Part shown: piece by piece, positions 1 to 12,019 of the stretch
Layout of the letters: the number at the start of each line of letters is the position of its first letter
How positions within the stretch are numbered: the stretch's first letter is position 1
Assembly: GCA_014905635.1 (NCBI GenBank)
Contig: JABVCE010000021.1
Coordinates: forward strand, 558,001-622,000
Length of the DNA stretch: 64,000 nucleotides
Source: Scenedesmus sp. PABB004
Taxonomy: Eukaryota
Direction: 5' to 3'
The notes under the pieces: model-generated
Told to the model about the DNA's origin: nothing
What the model saw: only the letters and a program-made list of their open reading frames with translations
Databases searched by the model: none
Translations under genes and position numbers: made by a program

Positions 1-3000
1 GGGTCGGCGCCGGCGGCCGCGGACAAGTCGGCCAGCCGCCCCGCCGCCCACAGCACTGCCGCGGCCTCCGTCTCCGGCGCCGCCTGCTGGGCTGCCGGGC
101 GCGCGTCGCGCGGCAAAAGCGACAGGTACCAGCGTGACGCGCCCTGGCGCAGCATCACGCGGCCGCGCGCGTGCTCGGCGAGCCCGCGCCCGCCCGCGGC
201 GGCGCACGGCCCGACCAGCAGCGCCGCGGCGGCCGCCATGTTGGCGGGGCTCAGCAGCGCCGCGGAGACGAACACCGCGGCGACCATGTTGCGCGCCTCG
301 GACAGGGCCGGCGTGTCGGCCAGCTCGCGCGCCCTGCGCGCGCGGCGGCGGCGGCGCGGCGCGTTGGCAGCGGGGCGCGGCGCGGCGCGCGGCGGGGCGT
401 CCCTCGGTGCCGCGCGCCGCGCCGCGCCGCGCACCTGTCCTCGGTGGGCGTGAGGCTGACGTCAGGGTTGCACAGCGCAGCCATGAGCCGCACCACCAGG
501 CCGGCCACCACCTGGCACTCGGGCTGCTCCTGCGACCTGCGGCGCGGCGCGCGCCCGCGCGCGCGTCGGCCGGGCGCGGGCCGGCGAGCCGCAGAGCGAC
601 AGGCCGCGCCGCCCCGCGGAGCGACAGGCCGCGCTGCCCCGCAGAGCGACAGGCCGCGCCGCCCCGCGGAGGGAGAGGCCGCGCCGCGGCGGCGTCGCGC
701 GCGCGCACTTGGCGGCGAGCTTGTGGAGGTACGAGGCCAGCACGCTCGCCACCCTGGCCTCCATCAGCGCGGCCTTGAACGCCGGGCGCGCCGCGAGCGG
801 CAGCATCACCTCCACGACACGCTGCCCGTCGGCGAGCGGGGGCGCGGCGGCGGCGGCGGCCTCCCTGTGGCGCGCCAGCGCGGCGGCGCCCTGCCCCTGC
901 GCGGCCATCTGGGCGAGGTCGGCGTTGAGCTGCATGGCCGCCCTGGTGGCCGCATTCATGACCGCCCGCAGCTCGTCCACCAGCTGCGGCGGCACAAGGT
1001 GCACGCGCGCGCGCGAGCCAGCGACAGCGGCGGCGGCAGAGCGCTGGGCAGTCGCGGGGCCCGGGGGCGCCGGCACGCAGCGCGGCGCGGCGCGGCGCGC
1101 CGCGGCGGCCGTCGCGCGCACCAGGGGCGCCAGAAATGGTGCCATGCCGCCGCCCAGGCCGCCGGCGCGCACGCACAGCCGCACGAGCGCGCCGCGCACG
1201 AGCAGCCCCTCGGCGGCCGCGCCAAACGCGACGAGGCGCTTCAGCGGGCCCATGGCCTGCTCCAGGCTCGCCGCGATACGCGCGCGCAGCGCGATGTGGC
1301 TCGGACGCCCAAACGCGGCGGCTGCGGGCGCGGCGGCGCGCCGAGAGGGGACGGCGAAGGGGGCGGGCGCGGCGTCAGCGCCGGGGCGGCCGCCGGCGGC
1401 GTCCGGGCGAGCCGGGCGCGCCCCTCCCCCCGCGCTCCCCGCCCGCGCACGCGCGCGCACCTGGGCGGGGCCTGCCGGCGGCGGCCGCCGCGTCCGCTGC
1501 GGCCGCGGCGGCCTGGCTCGCGCCGGTGGGCGGCCACTCCGGGGGGCACACGTCGCCGAGGGCGAGCAGCGCGGCCAGCAGCTGGCGCGGGCCCTGCCGC
1601 GTCGCCGGCGCGGGCGGCGCGTCGCGCTCGTGCCTGGCCCGCGCGGCCGCCTCGGCCGCCGCGACCGCGCACAGCGCGGGGCTGGGGCTCGGCCACTCCC
1701 CGAGGATCGCGCCGACGCAGTCGGGCCACCAGCTGGCGCGCTCCCAGCAGCGCAGGCATGCCGCCAGCGACTGCCGCGCCGAGAGCAGCAGGTGGTGCGC
1801 GCGCCCGCCGCCGCCGCGCGCGACGGCGGCCGCGGCGGCGGCCGCCGCGCGCGCCACGCGGCTGGCGTCGTGCGGGCCGGTCGCCGCGGCCGCCAGCGCG
1901 GCCAGCTGCGCCGCCACCTCAGGGCTGGCGATCGTGGCGGCGAGGCCCTCGTGCGTGGTCACGACGGCGGTGTACGCGCCTGCGGGCGCCGCGTGCCGAG
2001 CGCAGCGCGCGCGCGCGCGAGGGCCAGCGTGAGCGGCGGCGGGCGGGTGCGCCGCCGGCGCCGCCGGCGGCGGGAGCTGCTGGCCGCAGCGCTGGCAGCT
2101 GGCAGCGCCAGGCGGGCCCCCGACTCACAGATGATCGCGTCCAGCAGCCCGCAGCCGGACAGCTCCGCCGCGCCGCGCTCCTCAAGCCGCAGCAGCAGCT
2201 CCGCGGCGGCCGCGCTCGCGGCCGCCAGCAGCGACGCCGCGGCGCCGCGGCCGCGCAGGCGGTCGAGGTCGTCCTGCGGCGCGGGCGCAGGCGCAGGGGC
2301 GGCGGCGCGCGTCAGGCGTGCGACGGCGCCGCCGCCGGCCGGCGGCCGCGCCGCCGCGCCGCCGCGCGGCCGCACCTGCGCGTCGCCGGCGCGCAGGCCC
2401 CAGAGCAGGTCGCTGCCGCTGGCCTCGAGCGCGCACACGCCGGCGCGCAGCGCGCGCTCGAGCGCCTCCAGCGCCCCGCCCTCGGCCGCCTCCCGCAGCA
2501 CGCCCTGCGCCTCCAGCCCGTCCTGCCAGCCGGTCGGGGCCTCGGTGCCCGCGGCCGCCGCAGCCGCCGCCACGGCGCTGCCCCAGGGCACGGAGGGGCC
2601 GGCCGGCCCGAGCGAGCCGTTGGGGTTGAGCGCGACGCCGGGGTTGAGCGGCGTCTTCAGCGCCGCGCGCTCCGACGGCCGGTCGGCCGCCGCCGCGACG
2701 ACCTGGCACAGCTCGCCGCTCGGCCCGTGCAGCAGCAGGGCCAGCAGCTGCAGGCAGCCCAGCGCGGCGCCGAGGCGGTGCGCGTCTCCGACCAGGGCGA
2801 CCGCGGCCGCGGGGGCCACGTCCTTGCCCCACGGCGGCGGCCCGCCCGCCACGCCTGCCGCGCCGCGCTGCCACGCGTCGCTGGCGTCGCCGGGCGGCGG
2901 CGCCGCCGCCAGCTGCGGCAGCAGCTGCCCCAGCTGGCGCAGCAGGCAGGCGACGCTGCCGCCGCCGCCGCCGTCGCCGGCCTTCCAGCAGTGCCCGAGC

Positions 3001-5460
3001 TGGCGCCCCACCGTGGCGAGGCCGCGCAGCTGCAGCAGCGTGTCGCGCTGCCGCTCCGCCGCGGCGCCCGCGGCGCCCAGCTCCGCCGCGCAGCCGACGC
3101 CGTGCGGCGCGCCCGCGGCGGCGGCGTCGGCCGCCGCCGCGGGGCTGACGGGGAAGGCCGCCGCCCCGGCGGCCGCGCCCAGCCGGTCCTGCACGCGCAG
3201 CTCGTCCGCCACCGCGCCCAGCAGCGCGTCGGCGAGCGGCAGCCAGTGCGCCACGACGTCTGGGTGGGGCTCGCTCAGCACCGCCAGCAGCAGGTCGGGC
3301 GCGAACAGCGACGCGCACTGCAGCGGCGGCGGCAGCTTGGGGCCGCTGGACTCGTCCAGCTCCAGGCCGGCCTGCACGGCGCGGCAGTGGCGGCGGGCAG
3401 CTGCATTCGAAAGCGGGGCCGGCCCGCCCGCGCAGCAGCACGGCGGTGACCGGCAGCGGCGGCGCACCAGCTCGTCGTCGTCGTCGTCCGCGCCGCCCGC
3501 GGCGGCCGCCAGCACGCGGCCGCGCTGCGACAGCAGGCCCAGCAGGCCTTGCAGCGCGGCGGGGCTGGACGCGAGCGCGCACACCGCCGCCTGGCGCCCG
3601 GCCTCGCTGGCGAAGCAGGCCTGCGACCGGCGGCGCGGCAGGCGGGGTCAGGGTCAAGGGGGGTCCGTGGGTGTGCGGCGAGCTGGCACGGTGGCGCGGC
3701 TTGGGTGAGTACCCCCCCACCCCATCCCCACCTGCACCAGCGTCTGCACGCCCTCGGCCAGCTTGGCGCCGCCGCTGGTGCTGCCCCAGCCGCCCCCAGC
3801 CGCCGGCACGCCCGCCGCTGCGAGCTCGCCGACCGCCTGCGCCAGCAGCAGCAGCTTCTGCAGCCCCGCAGACAGCTCTGCGGCCGCGCCGGCGCCGACG
3901 CCGCCTGCGGGCCCGGCGGGCACCTGCGCCAGCTGCGCGCGCAGCTGCGGCCGCCCCAGCAGCGCGTCTGCGGGGGCGGCAAGGTCCAGCTCCCCGCCGT
4001 CCAGCGACAGCGCTGTGCGCGGGCTGACCGCCGCCGCCAGCAGCGCCAGCCCCGGTGCCGCCGCGCGCAGGAAGCACCAGCCGCCGGGGCTGCTCGCCAG
4101 CTCGGACAAGAGCACCTGCAGCGAGGCCAGCAGGTCGGCCTGCGCGGCGCCCAGCGCCGCCAGCTCCTCCGCCGGCGAGCCCCCCTGCGGCGCCGGCTGC
4201 GCCGCCTGCGCCGCGAGCCGGCTGGCGTGCACGCCCGCCATGTTGAGCAGCGCTGCGAGTAGCTCCAGCACCTGGCAGCTCAGCAGCAGCTGCAGCACGC
4301 ACGCGTCCGCTGCGCGCTGCCCGCTGGCGCTGCCGTGCGACGGCGCGCCGGGCTGGCCCGTCGGCGGCGGCTGCAGCGTCAGGCCCGCCATGCTTGCCAG
4401 CGCGGCGGAGGCGTCGCGCAGTCGCTGCGCAAACGCCGCCGGCGCGAGCTGCAGCGGGCTGACGCTGCCGTCGAGCAGCTCCCCCACGGACGACTGCAGC
4501 GCCGCCACGCACTCCCAGGCCTTCATGCGCCGGAGCACGACCTGAGCGGGGCGCCGCGGCGGCGGCGCGTGAGCTGCGGCGGATGCGGCACACCTAGGCG
4601 CAGCGCGGCGCGCCAGCGCGCGTATCCAGCCCCGCCACGCCCAGCGCACCGTGCAGCTCGCCGCGTCGTCCTGCCGCATCGGCAGCGCCGCCAGCGCGAC
4701 GATGCCGCTGTAGAGGTCCACCGCCCCCTGCCGCCGCCTGGCCAGCTCGCGCAACGCCGCGGGCGCCGCCGCCGCGGCGGCGGCCGCCCGGCCGCCAGCA
4801 CCGTCCCGACTCCGGGACTCGCCCGCCCCCGAGGGGCGGCGCTCGCGGCTGCGCTCCCGGCTGCGCTCGCGGCCGTTAGCGCGGCTGCGCTCGCGGCTGC
4901 GCTCGCGGCGGCGCTCGCGGCTGCGCTCCCGGCTGCGCGCGCGGCTGCCCTCGCGGCTGCGCGCCCGGTCCGCCCCCAGGCGTCGCGAGCCGTCGCCGCT
5001 GCCGCTGCCGTGCCCGTTGCTGCCGCCGCGCTCGTCACCCCGGCCCTGCGAGCCCCTGCCCTGCGCCGCCGCCCGGTCCTCGCTGGACCGCGGCGCGGCG
5101 CCGTCGCCGTTGGCCGTGCGCTGCGCGCCGGGCTGCGCCGCGGCCTGCTCCACCTCCTCCTCCTGCCTGTCCTCCACCTGCTGTGCCTGCTCCTCCTCTG
5201 CCTGTGCCTGCTCCTCCTCCTCCTCCTCCTCCTCCTCCTCTTCTTGCGAATAAAAAAAGAACCCCTCGTCGTCCTGCGCGCCCAGCTCCTCGTCGGCGTC
5301 CAGCTGCAGCACCTCGGGGCCCTCGTCGTCCGACGCGGGCCTGGCGGCCGGCTGCTCGCTGTCGTGCTGCTGCGCGTCGCCGTTGGCGGCGGCCGCCCCT
5401 GGCTGCTGCCCGTTGCAGGGGCCGCCCTCGCCGTCAACGTCCATCCGCTCGCCGTCTGGC

Positions 5461-5538
<78 letters not shown>

Positions 5539-5540
5539 TC

Positions 5541-5588
<48 letters not shown>

Positions 5589-7861
5589 ATCCTGCTGTGC
5601 CTCCGGCTGCTGCTTCGCCTGCGGCTGCTCCTGCTGCGACTGCTCCGACGGCGGCGGCGGCGGTGGCGGCGGCAGTGCCTGCTGCTCGGCGGCCGCGTGC
5701 GGCTGCTCCGCCTGCTGCGACGCGGCGCCCTGCTGCGGCGCGCCGCCGCGCCGGTCGCGCTCGCTGGCGTCGCTGCGGTGGCGCTGCAGGCGCTCAGGCG
5801 AGCGCGGCCGGTCGCTGCCGCCGCTGTCATTCCGGCCTCGCTGCGCCCGCTCTGGCGAGCGCGGCCGACCGCTGCCGCTGTCGCGGCGCCCCGGCTGCGG
5901 GCGCTCTGGTGAGCGCCGCCGGCCGCTGCCGCTGCTGCTGTCGCGCCGCCCCGGTCGAGCTCGCGCACGGGGCCGGGGCGCTCGCGCTGCTGCTTCGCCC
6001 AGTCGCGCGCCGCCGCGAGCTCCTGCGCCTGCTGCTGCCGCCGCCCGTGCTGCTGCGGCGGCACGGCCACGTGGCCGGCCAGCAGCGTGGCGCACGCCAG
6101 CGCGGGGCAGCTCGTGAGCAGCAGCTCCAGCAGGCCAAGGGCGTAACGCGCGATGAGCGGCGGCGTGCCGGGGATGCAGAGCACGCCTGCGAGGCGCGCA
6201 CGCGCAACGCGCTCAGCCACGAGCGGGCGCGGGCCCAGCGCCCTCCTCTGCCCCCGCCCCCTCCCCCTCCGCCGCCGCCGCCGCACCTCGCACCGCCGCC
6301 ACGCCGGCGAGCTGGTCGCGGTCGTCCACCACGCTGAGCAGCTGCGCCGCGGTCGCGCCGCACGTGGCCAGCAGCACCGCCGCGCCCAGGCCCGCCACGC
6401 CAACCTCAACGTCGTACCGCGCGTGCGTCCTGCAAGCACGCGGCCGCGGGCCGCGTCGGGGCGCTGCGCGCGCTGCCGCCGGGCCGCGCCGCCGCCGCGC
6501 CGCGCTGCCGCCGCGCCGCGCGCGGCCGCCGCGCGCTACGCCACCGCTCACCGGTCCGACGCGAGCATGCTGCTCCAGCTGGCGGCCAGGTCGAGCGCGT
6601 CGGCCTGGACGTCGGCCCACACCTTGGCGCTGCGCCCGCTGCCCGCGTCCGCGGCGGCGATCAGCGACTGCAGCGCGCCGGGCCGCCCTGCGCGGCGGCG
6701 GCGGCAGCGGCGGGCGCGCGAGCGGGCGGGCGCGCGAGCGGGCGCGTGAGCGAGGCCCGCTGGCCCGGCGGGGCTCCCGGGCGGCCGCGCAGCCGCACGC
6801 CCAGCGCAGCGCTCCGCGCCCGCGGCGCTCACCGCGCAGCGCGACGAGCACCGCCTCGACGAGCTCCACGACGCCGTCCAGGCAGCCCGCCGGCGGCCGG
6901 GCCTGCATTCGGCTGTGGCTGAGCCGCACCTGGGTCCAGTAGCCCGCCGCGGCGGCGAGCGCGTTCACAAACGCCGCCGGCAGCTGCGCCAGCGGCAGCA
7001 GCGGGCGCGGGTGCAGTGCGAGCGACGGCGGCGCCGCGGCGGCGCCGCCGCCGTCAGCACGAGGCAGCGACAGCGGCGGGTTGGCCGGCGGCAGGGCGCC
7101 TCCGAGCCGCTGCTCCGCCGCCACCTGCGCGGCGCGCCCGGGGACGCCAGGGGTGAGCACCGGCGGCGGTGGCGGCTCGGCGCGGCGCGGCGCGGCGCGG
7201 CGCGGCACGCGCGGGGGGCCGCGCACCCGCATCGCCTGCGGCGCGGCCGCGAGCACGGTGCCGTGCAGGGTGACGTTGATGGCCTTGAACTTGCCGTGCA
7301 GCAGGACGTGGTCAGTCACCAGCACCTGACACGCCGCGGCGGCGGCGGCGGGTGGGCGAGCCGCACGGCTGGCGGCCGCGCACGCGCGCCGCGCCGCGTG
7401 GCGCGCGGCCCCGCTGCCCCCGCACACCTCTGCCGCCTCGACGTGGTGCTGCTGCCCGTCCCAGGCCGCGAGCGGCGCGAAGCGCGCCGCGCTCGGCAGC
7501 AGCGCGTCGCGCGCCCACGCGCGCAGCATCTGCGGCTGGCCCGGCTCCGCAGCGCGGCCATGGGTGACCGTGAGCGCCGTGATCTGCACCAGCGACGGGA
7601 ACTTGACCTGCACGCAGCACACGTGCGGCGCGGGCGGGCGGCGGCGCGCAACGCTCGTCGTCAACGCGCCACGCAACGCACCGGCCGGCAGTGCGTGCTG
7701 GGAGTGCCGGCCGCCCGGGGGCCTCCCACCTCGAGCACGTGGTCGCCGTAGGCGGGCTGCTCGCTGGCGGCGGCCCAGAGCGGGCCCTCGGGCGGCAGCC
7801 GCGCGAGCGCGCTGCTCGCTGCTGGGTCGGCGCCGCCGGCGGCGGCGGCGCGCGCCGCCAT
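1..7861 (-). CDS. VIR: Virilizer/VIRMA-like m6A methyltransferase complex subunit (multi-exon, runs off the left edge)
   Basis: The spliced N-terminus PLWAAASEQPAYGDHVLE|VKFPSLVQITALTV...VEAAE|VLVTDHVLLHGKFKAINVTLHGT resembles the virilizer N-terminal domain (DEV.F...ITA...VVTNHLVVRG.Y..L...YG). Long helical Leu/Ala-rich exons follow. ATG at 7861. One apparent frameshift near 5950. Confidence 0.65.
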
Positions 7862-8317
7862 GCCGGGCAGCGCTCCTCAGCAGGCCGTCATGGCCCACGA
7901 CCCAGAGGCCGGCGCCGGCGCGCCCCGCGGGCGCATGCGGGGCGGTCTGGCCTGCTGCTGCTGATGGCGTGCGGCGAGCTGCTCCGCGCCTGGCGGGCCG
8001 CGGGCGCGTCAGGGACGAGTAGCCCGACAGGCACGAGTGGTGCAGGGACGAGTGCGCTACGGCGTGTAGCGGGCAGCGGAGGCAGGCGAGCGCGCCTTTA
8101 AGGGCGCCAAGCCCCGCGTGACGCCCGGCTCTTGCGCCGCTGCCGTGCGCAGTGCAGCCCTCAGAGCGATCCCCAACTGCTCTGCGCTACGGCAGCATCA
8201 GTTGCACGCGGGGTGGCAGCGGCGGCAGCAGCAGCGGCGGCGTCAGCACCGCCGCCGCGCGCCTGCTCCCGGAGCGCGGGCGGCCGTCGAGCCCGGTCCA
8301 TCCGGCTACCCCCGCGC

Positions 8318-9925
8318 ATGGCGGCGCCGGGGGCGGCCGGCGGCGCCGGCGCGGCCGCGGCAGGCGCGGCGTCGTTCGCGTGGCGCCCCGCCGCGCAGCC
8401 AGACATCGTGCGCGCGGCGCAAAAGGTGCGGGAGTCGAGGAGTCGAGGAGGGGCTGAGGGGGGGGGGGGGCGGGCAGCAGCGCACGCACGCGGCGCAGCC
8501 GCGCGCGCGGCGCGCGCCCACACGCCGCCGCTGCCGCTGCGCCGCTGCTGCCCGGCGCCGCAGGACGACCTGTACCTGCAGCAGAGCGTGGAGGCGGCGC
8601 ACGACGCCGTGATGCGCCTGCTCGGCGCCGTGCCCGCGCTGCAGCACGCGCGGTGCGGGGCGCCGCGCGGCGGCGCGCCGGCGGCGCGCCGACGCCGCAG
8701 CGCCGCGCTCGCGCGCGCCGACGGCGGCCCGCCCCCGCGCACGCGCGCGCGCGCGCAGGTCCTGCAAGCTGCTCGCCACGTTTGCCTACTACGCCCTCAC
8801 CACCGGCGCGGGGCTGCAGACGCTGGGCGAGGAGTACTGCGACGTCGTGCAGCTCAGCGCGGCGGGCGGCCGCGGCGCGGAGCGGCTCTACGGCCTCCCC
8901 CCGGCGCGCACGCGCGTCGCGCTCGTGCTGCTGCAGTCGCTCGGCCCCGCGCTGCTGGACCGGCTCGCAGCGAGCCTCGACCGCGCGGCCGCGGGCGTCG
9001 GGCTGGCGCCCGACGACGACGGCGAGCAGCCCGGCGGCGTTGACGGCGGCGGCGGCACCGCCTGGGGCGGCGGCGACAGCAGCGGCGAGGGGGTCGAGCT
9101 CGGGGCCGCGCAGCCGGACGGCGGCGGCGAGGACGAGCCGGAGAGCCTGGAGGCCTTTTACAACCGGCAGTCGCAGCAGCCGCAGCAGCAGTCGCAGTCG
9201 CGGCAGGCGCCGGGCCCGGCGCAGCGCCCGCAGCACCCGCCGCCCGCCGCGGGCGGCCCCGGCGGCGCAGCCGAGCGCGTCGCGGCGGCGGCCGCCGCGG
9301 CGACCGCGGCGGCGGCACGCCGCTGGGCGCGCGCGCGCGCGCCGCGCTCGCGCCGCGCTGGCCGTCGCTCAAGGGCTGGCTGCTGTTTGCGGGGCGCGTG
9401 CACCTCGCCGCGTTCTACCTGCGCGGCACCTACTACGAGTGGTCCAAGCGCCTCGCCGGCGTGACCTACAGCTCCGTCTCGGCCAGCAGGGAGCAGCGCG
9501 CGTCGTACCGCGTGCTCGGCTGGCTGCTCGCCGCGCAGCTCGCGATCAGCGCGGCGCAGCACGCGGCGCCGCAGCTCGCGGCGCTGCGCGGCGGCGGCGG
9601 CGCGCTCGGCGGCGCGCTCGGCGGCGGTGGCGGCGCGGGCCCGCCGCGGCACGCGGTGCTGCTGCCGGAGGACGGCGAGGGCGACGAGGGCGCCGGCGGG
9701 ACGGAGCTGCAGCGGCAGCCAGCGTGCGGCGGCGGCGGCGGGGCCGGCGGGCGGCAGTGCCCGCTGTGCCTCGGGGCGCGCAGCCACCCGACGGTCACGC
9801 CGTGCGGGCACGTGTTCTGCTGGGCCTGCATCGCGCAGTGGGTGTTGGAGAAGCCGGAGTGCCCGCTCTGCCGCACGGGCGTGGCGTCGTCGCAGCTGGT
9901 GTGCGCGTACCACTCCGATCTCTAG
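8318..9925 (+). CDS. PEX10: Peroxin PEX10 (Pex2/Pex12 N-terminal domain plus C3HC4 RING)
   Basis: [51 protein letters not shown] and the RING CPLC...[24 protein letters not shown]. Two GT-AG introns. Apparent frameshift in a (GC)n run at 9327-9342. Confidence 0.93.
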
Positions 9926-10054
9926 GCGTTGCGGGGGCTCTGCGCCACGGTGTGCACTAGGCAGGGGTTGGCGGGCGGCGCTGAGACACGCGCCGCGGTC
10001 GCGGCCGCGGCGCTCGGCGCGGCCGCCGCGCCGGGACGCGGGCGACGGCGCCGG

Positions 10055-11698
10055 TCACAGGATGCTCCAGAGCTGCGCGAGCGACGCGCCGTCCTTGGGC
10101 GGCTCGATGGCCAGCCCCAGCTCCGCGCTCAGCACGGGCTCGCGCTCCTCGTCGCAGCGCCCGCCGTCCTCAAAGTAGGCCGCCCACGCGTCCGGCGGCG
10201 TCTCGCGCTCGTCCACCTCCGGCTCCTCCGCCCTGCGCGCGCAGGGGCACGCGCCGCGGCGGTGAACTGAATCCAGCCCAACCGCGGCGGCCGCCGGGCC
10301 GGGCCGCGCGCGCGCGTGGCGCGCTCACTCGGGCACGGCCGGCGGCTGCGGCGCGGCCGCGCCGGCGTCGTACTCGACGCCGAACTGCGGGCAGCTGGTG
10401 TAGGCCGTGAGCAGGCTGGCGGCCTCCTTGTGCACGTAGTCCAGCGTCTCCCGCGGGTCGACCCGGAAGCCGAGCACGTACCCGCCCGCCGCCGCGGTCG
10501 TCTCGACGACGAGCGCGGGCCCAAACTTGCTGTCGGCGACGCGCACGCCCTTGATCTGCGTGGCGCAGAGCGCTCGGCGCGAGGCGCCGCACGCGGCATG
10601 CGCGCCCGCGCCCCGCGCCGCCGCCCCGCTGAGCCGGCAGCAGCACCCCCGCGCGGGCAGCCGCGTGCCTGCGCGTACGGCATGCTGACGTTGAACGCGT
10701 CCGACAGGCTGCTGTGCCACACGAGCCGCACCGAGGTGATGACGAGCGTGCCGAGGCTGCCCGTCTCGCTCGCGAGGTTCCACACGCCATTGACGCGGCT
10801 GTACGCCGTCTCGCGCGGCAGCAGGCGCAGCTCCTTGCCCACCAGCAGTGCGCCTGCCGGCGCGCGCGCGCGCGGGGCGCGCGTCGGCGCCGGCGCGCGA
10901 CACCGCCGCGCGGCGCGTGCGCGCGCGGTGCGCGCACGCACCGCGCAGTCGCAGCTCGCGGTACGGCCGGCTCGCGTCGTACGCGGCGATGACCGCCTGC
11001 AGCGCGTCGGGTAGGCTGGGGTGCCCGTCGGCCAGGGCGGTGAAGATGAACTCGAAGCGCTGCGCCCGCAGCCGCGTGAGCAGGTAGACGGCGGAGCAGC
11101 TGCCTGCGCGGCGACCGCGTGGCGGGCGCGCGGCGGGCGCGCATGGCGGGTGCGCACGTCGGCCAGGCGCGGGTGCCAGCTGCTGGACCACTGACCCGCC
11201 GCCCCGCCCGCCGCCGCCGCCGGCCTCCTGGCCGACCTTTGAGCCGCGAGCTGGCGGGCTTGACGGTGCAGCTGGTGATGGTGTTGAGGCCGATCGAGAT
11301 GTTGGTGCGCGGCGCGCGGCCGCTCACCCACGTCGCGCGGAGGTTGGTCAGCGTGAGCCGCCCGCCGTCGCCGTTGTTGCCCTTGGTGTCCTCCACCGCG
11401 TCCTGGCGGCGCGGGCGGGCGGACGCCGCGCCGCTGGGTGGCGCCGCGCCGGCGGCAGCAGGCAGCGCGCTGATGGCAGCGCGCCGCGGTCGCCGCCGGT
11501 CAACGGCCGCCGCCGCGGGCGACTGCCGTGGCGCCGCTGCCGCGGCGCGCTCACGAAGGTCTCCAGCACCTCCTCGCCGCGCCGGCAGGCCAGCTGGGCG
11601 GCCGGCGCATCGAACCGGATCTCGCGGTCCGCGCACCACGCGTCGTCGCCGCGCCGGCCGAACAGCACCTTCGCCAGGCCCGGCGAGGGCGGCTCCAT
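10055..11698 (-). CDS. BBS5: Bardet-Biedl syndrome 5 protein (BBSome subunit)
   Basis: DREIRFD, VEDTKGNNGDGGRLTLTNLR, RFEFIFT, VNGVWNLASETGSLGTL, DSKFGPALVVET..GGYVLGFRVDP and C-terminal AAYF...ELGLAIE...LWSIL*. Five introns. Confidence 0.93.
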
Positions 11699-12019
11699 GC
11701 GCGTCGGTCCGTTCGGCCGGCAACTGCGTGGGAAGCTGCCGACTCAGCTGCGCGCGTGCCTCCGCTGGGGGCCACTCAGCGGGCAGCAGCGCGCGGGCTG
11801 CGCCCCGTCAGTCGCGGCGGCGGCGCAGCGCCGGGGCACAGCGAGACGTCCAGGCTCCATCCCCCACAAGGCGCGGCCCCGACTGCATCCGCCACGGCCA
11901 GCCCCGGCAGCTGTCGCGCTTCGCTCGCGGCGCTCGGCACCGGTTGAACAGCGGGCGCACCCCACTGCGCGCGGGCGGCGCGCCAGCCCGGGCGCGCGCA
12001 CGCGCCAGCTGCGGGAGCG

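Noticed and set aside
171..3708. Very long plus-strand ORFs (1092 and 999 aa) and many similar Arg/Ala/Gly/Pro-rich ORFs
   Set aside because: They are antisense or off-frame shadows of real genes. Stop codons are rare at this GC content and the products have no domain motifs.
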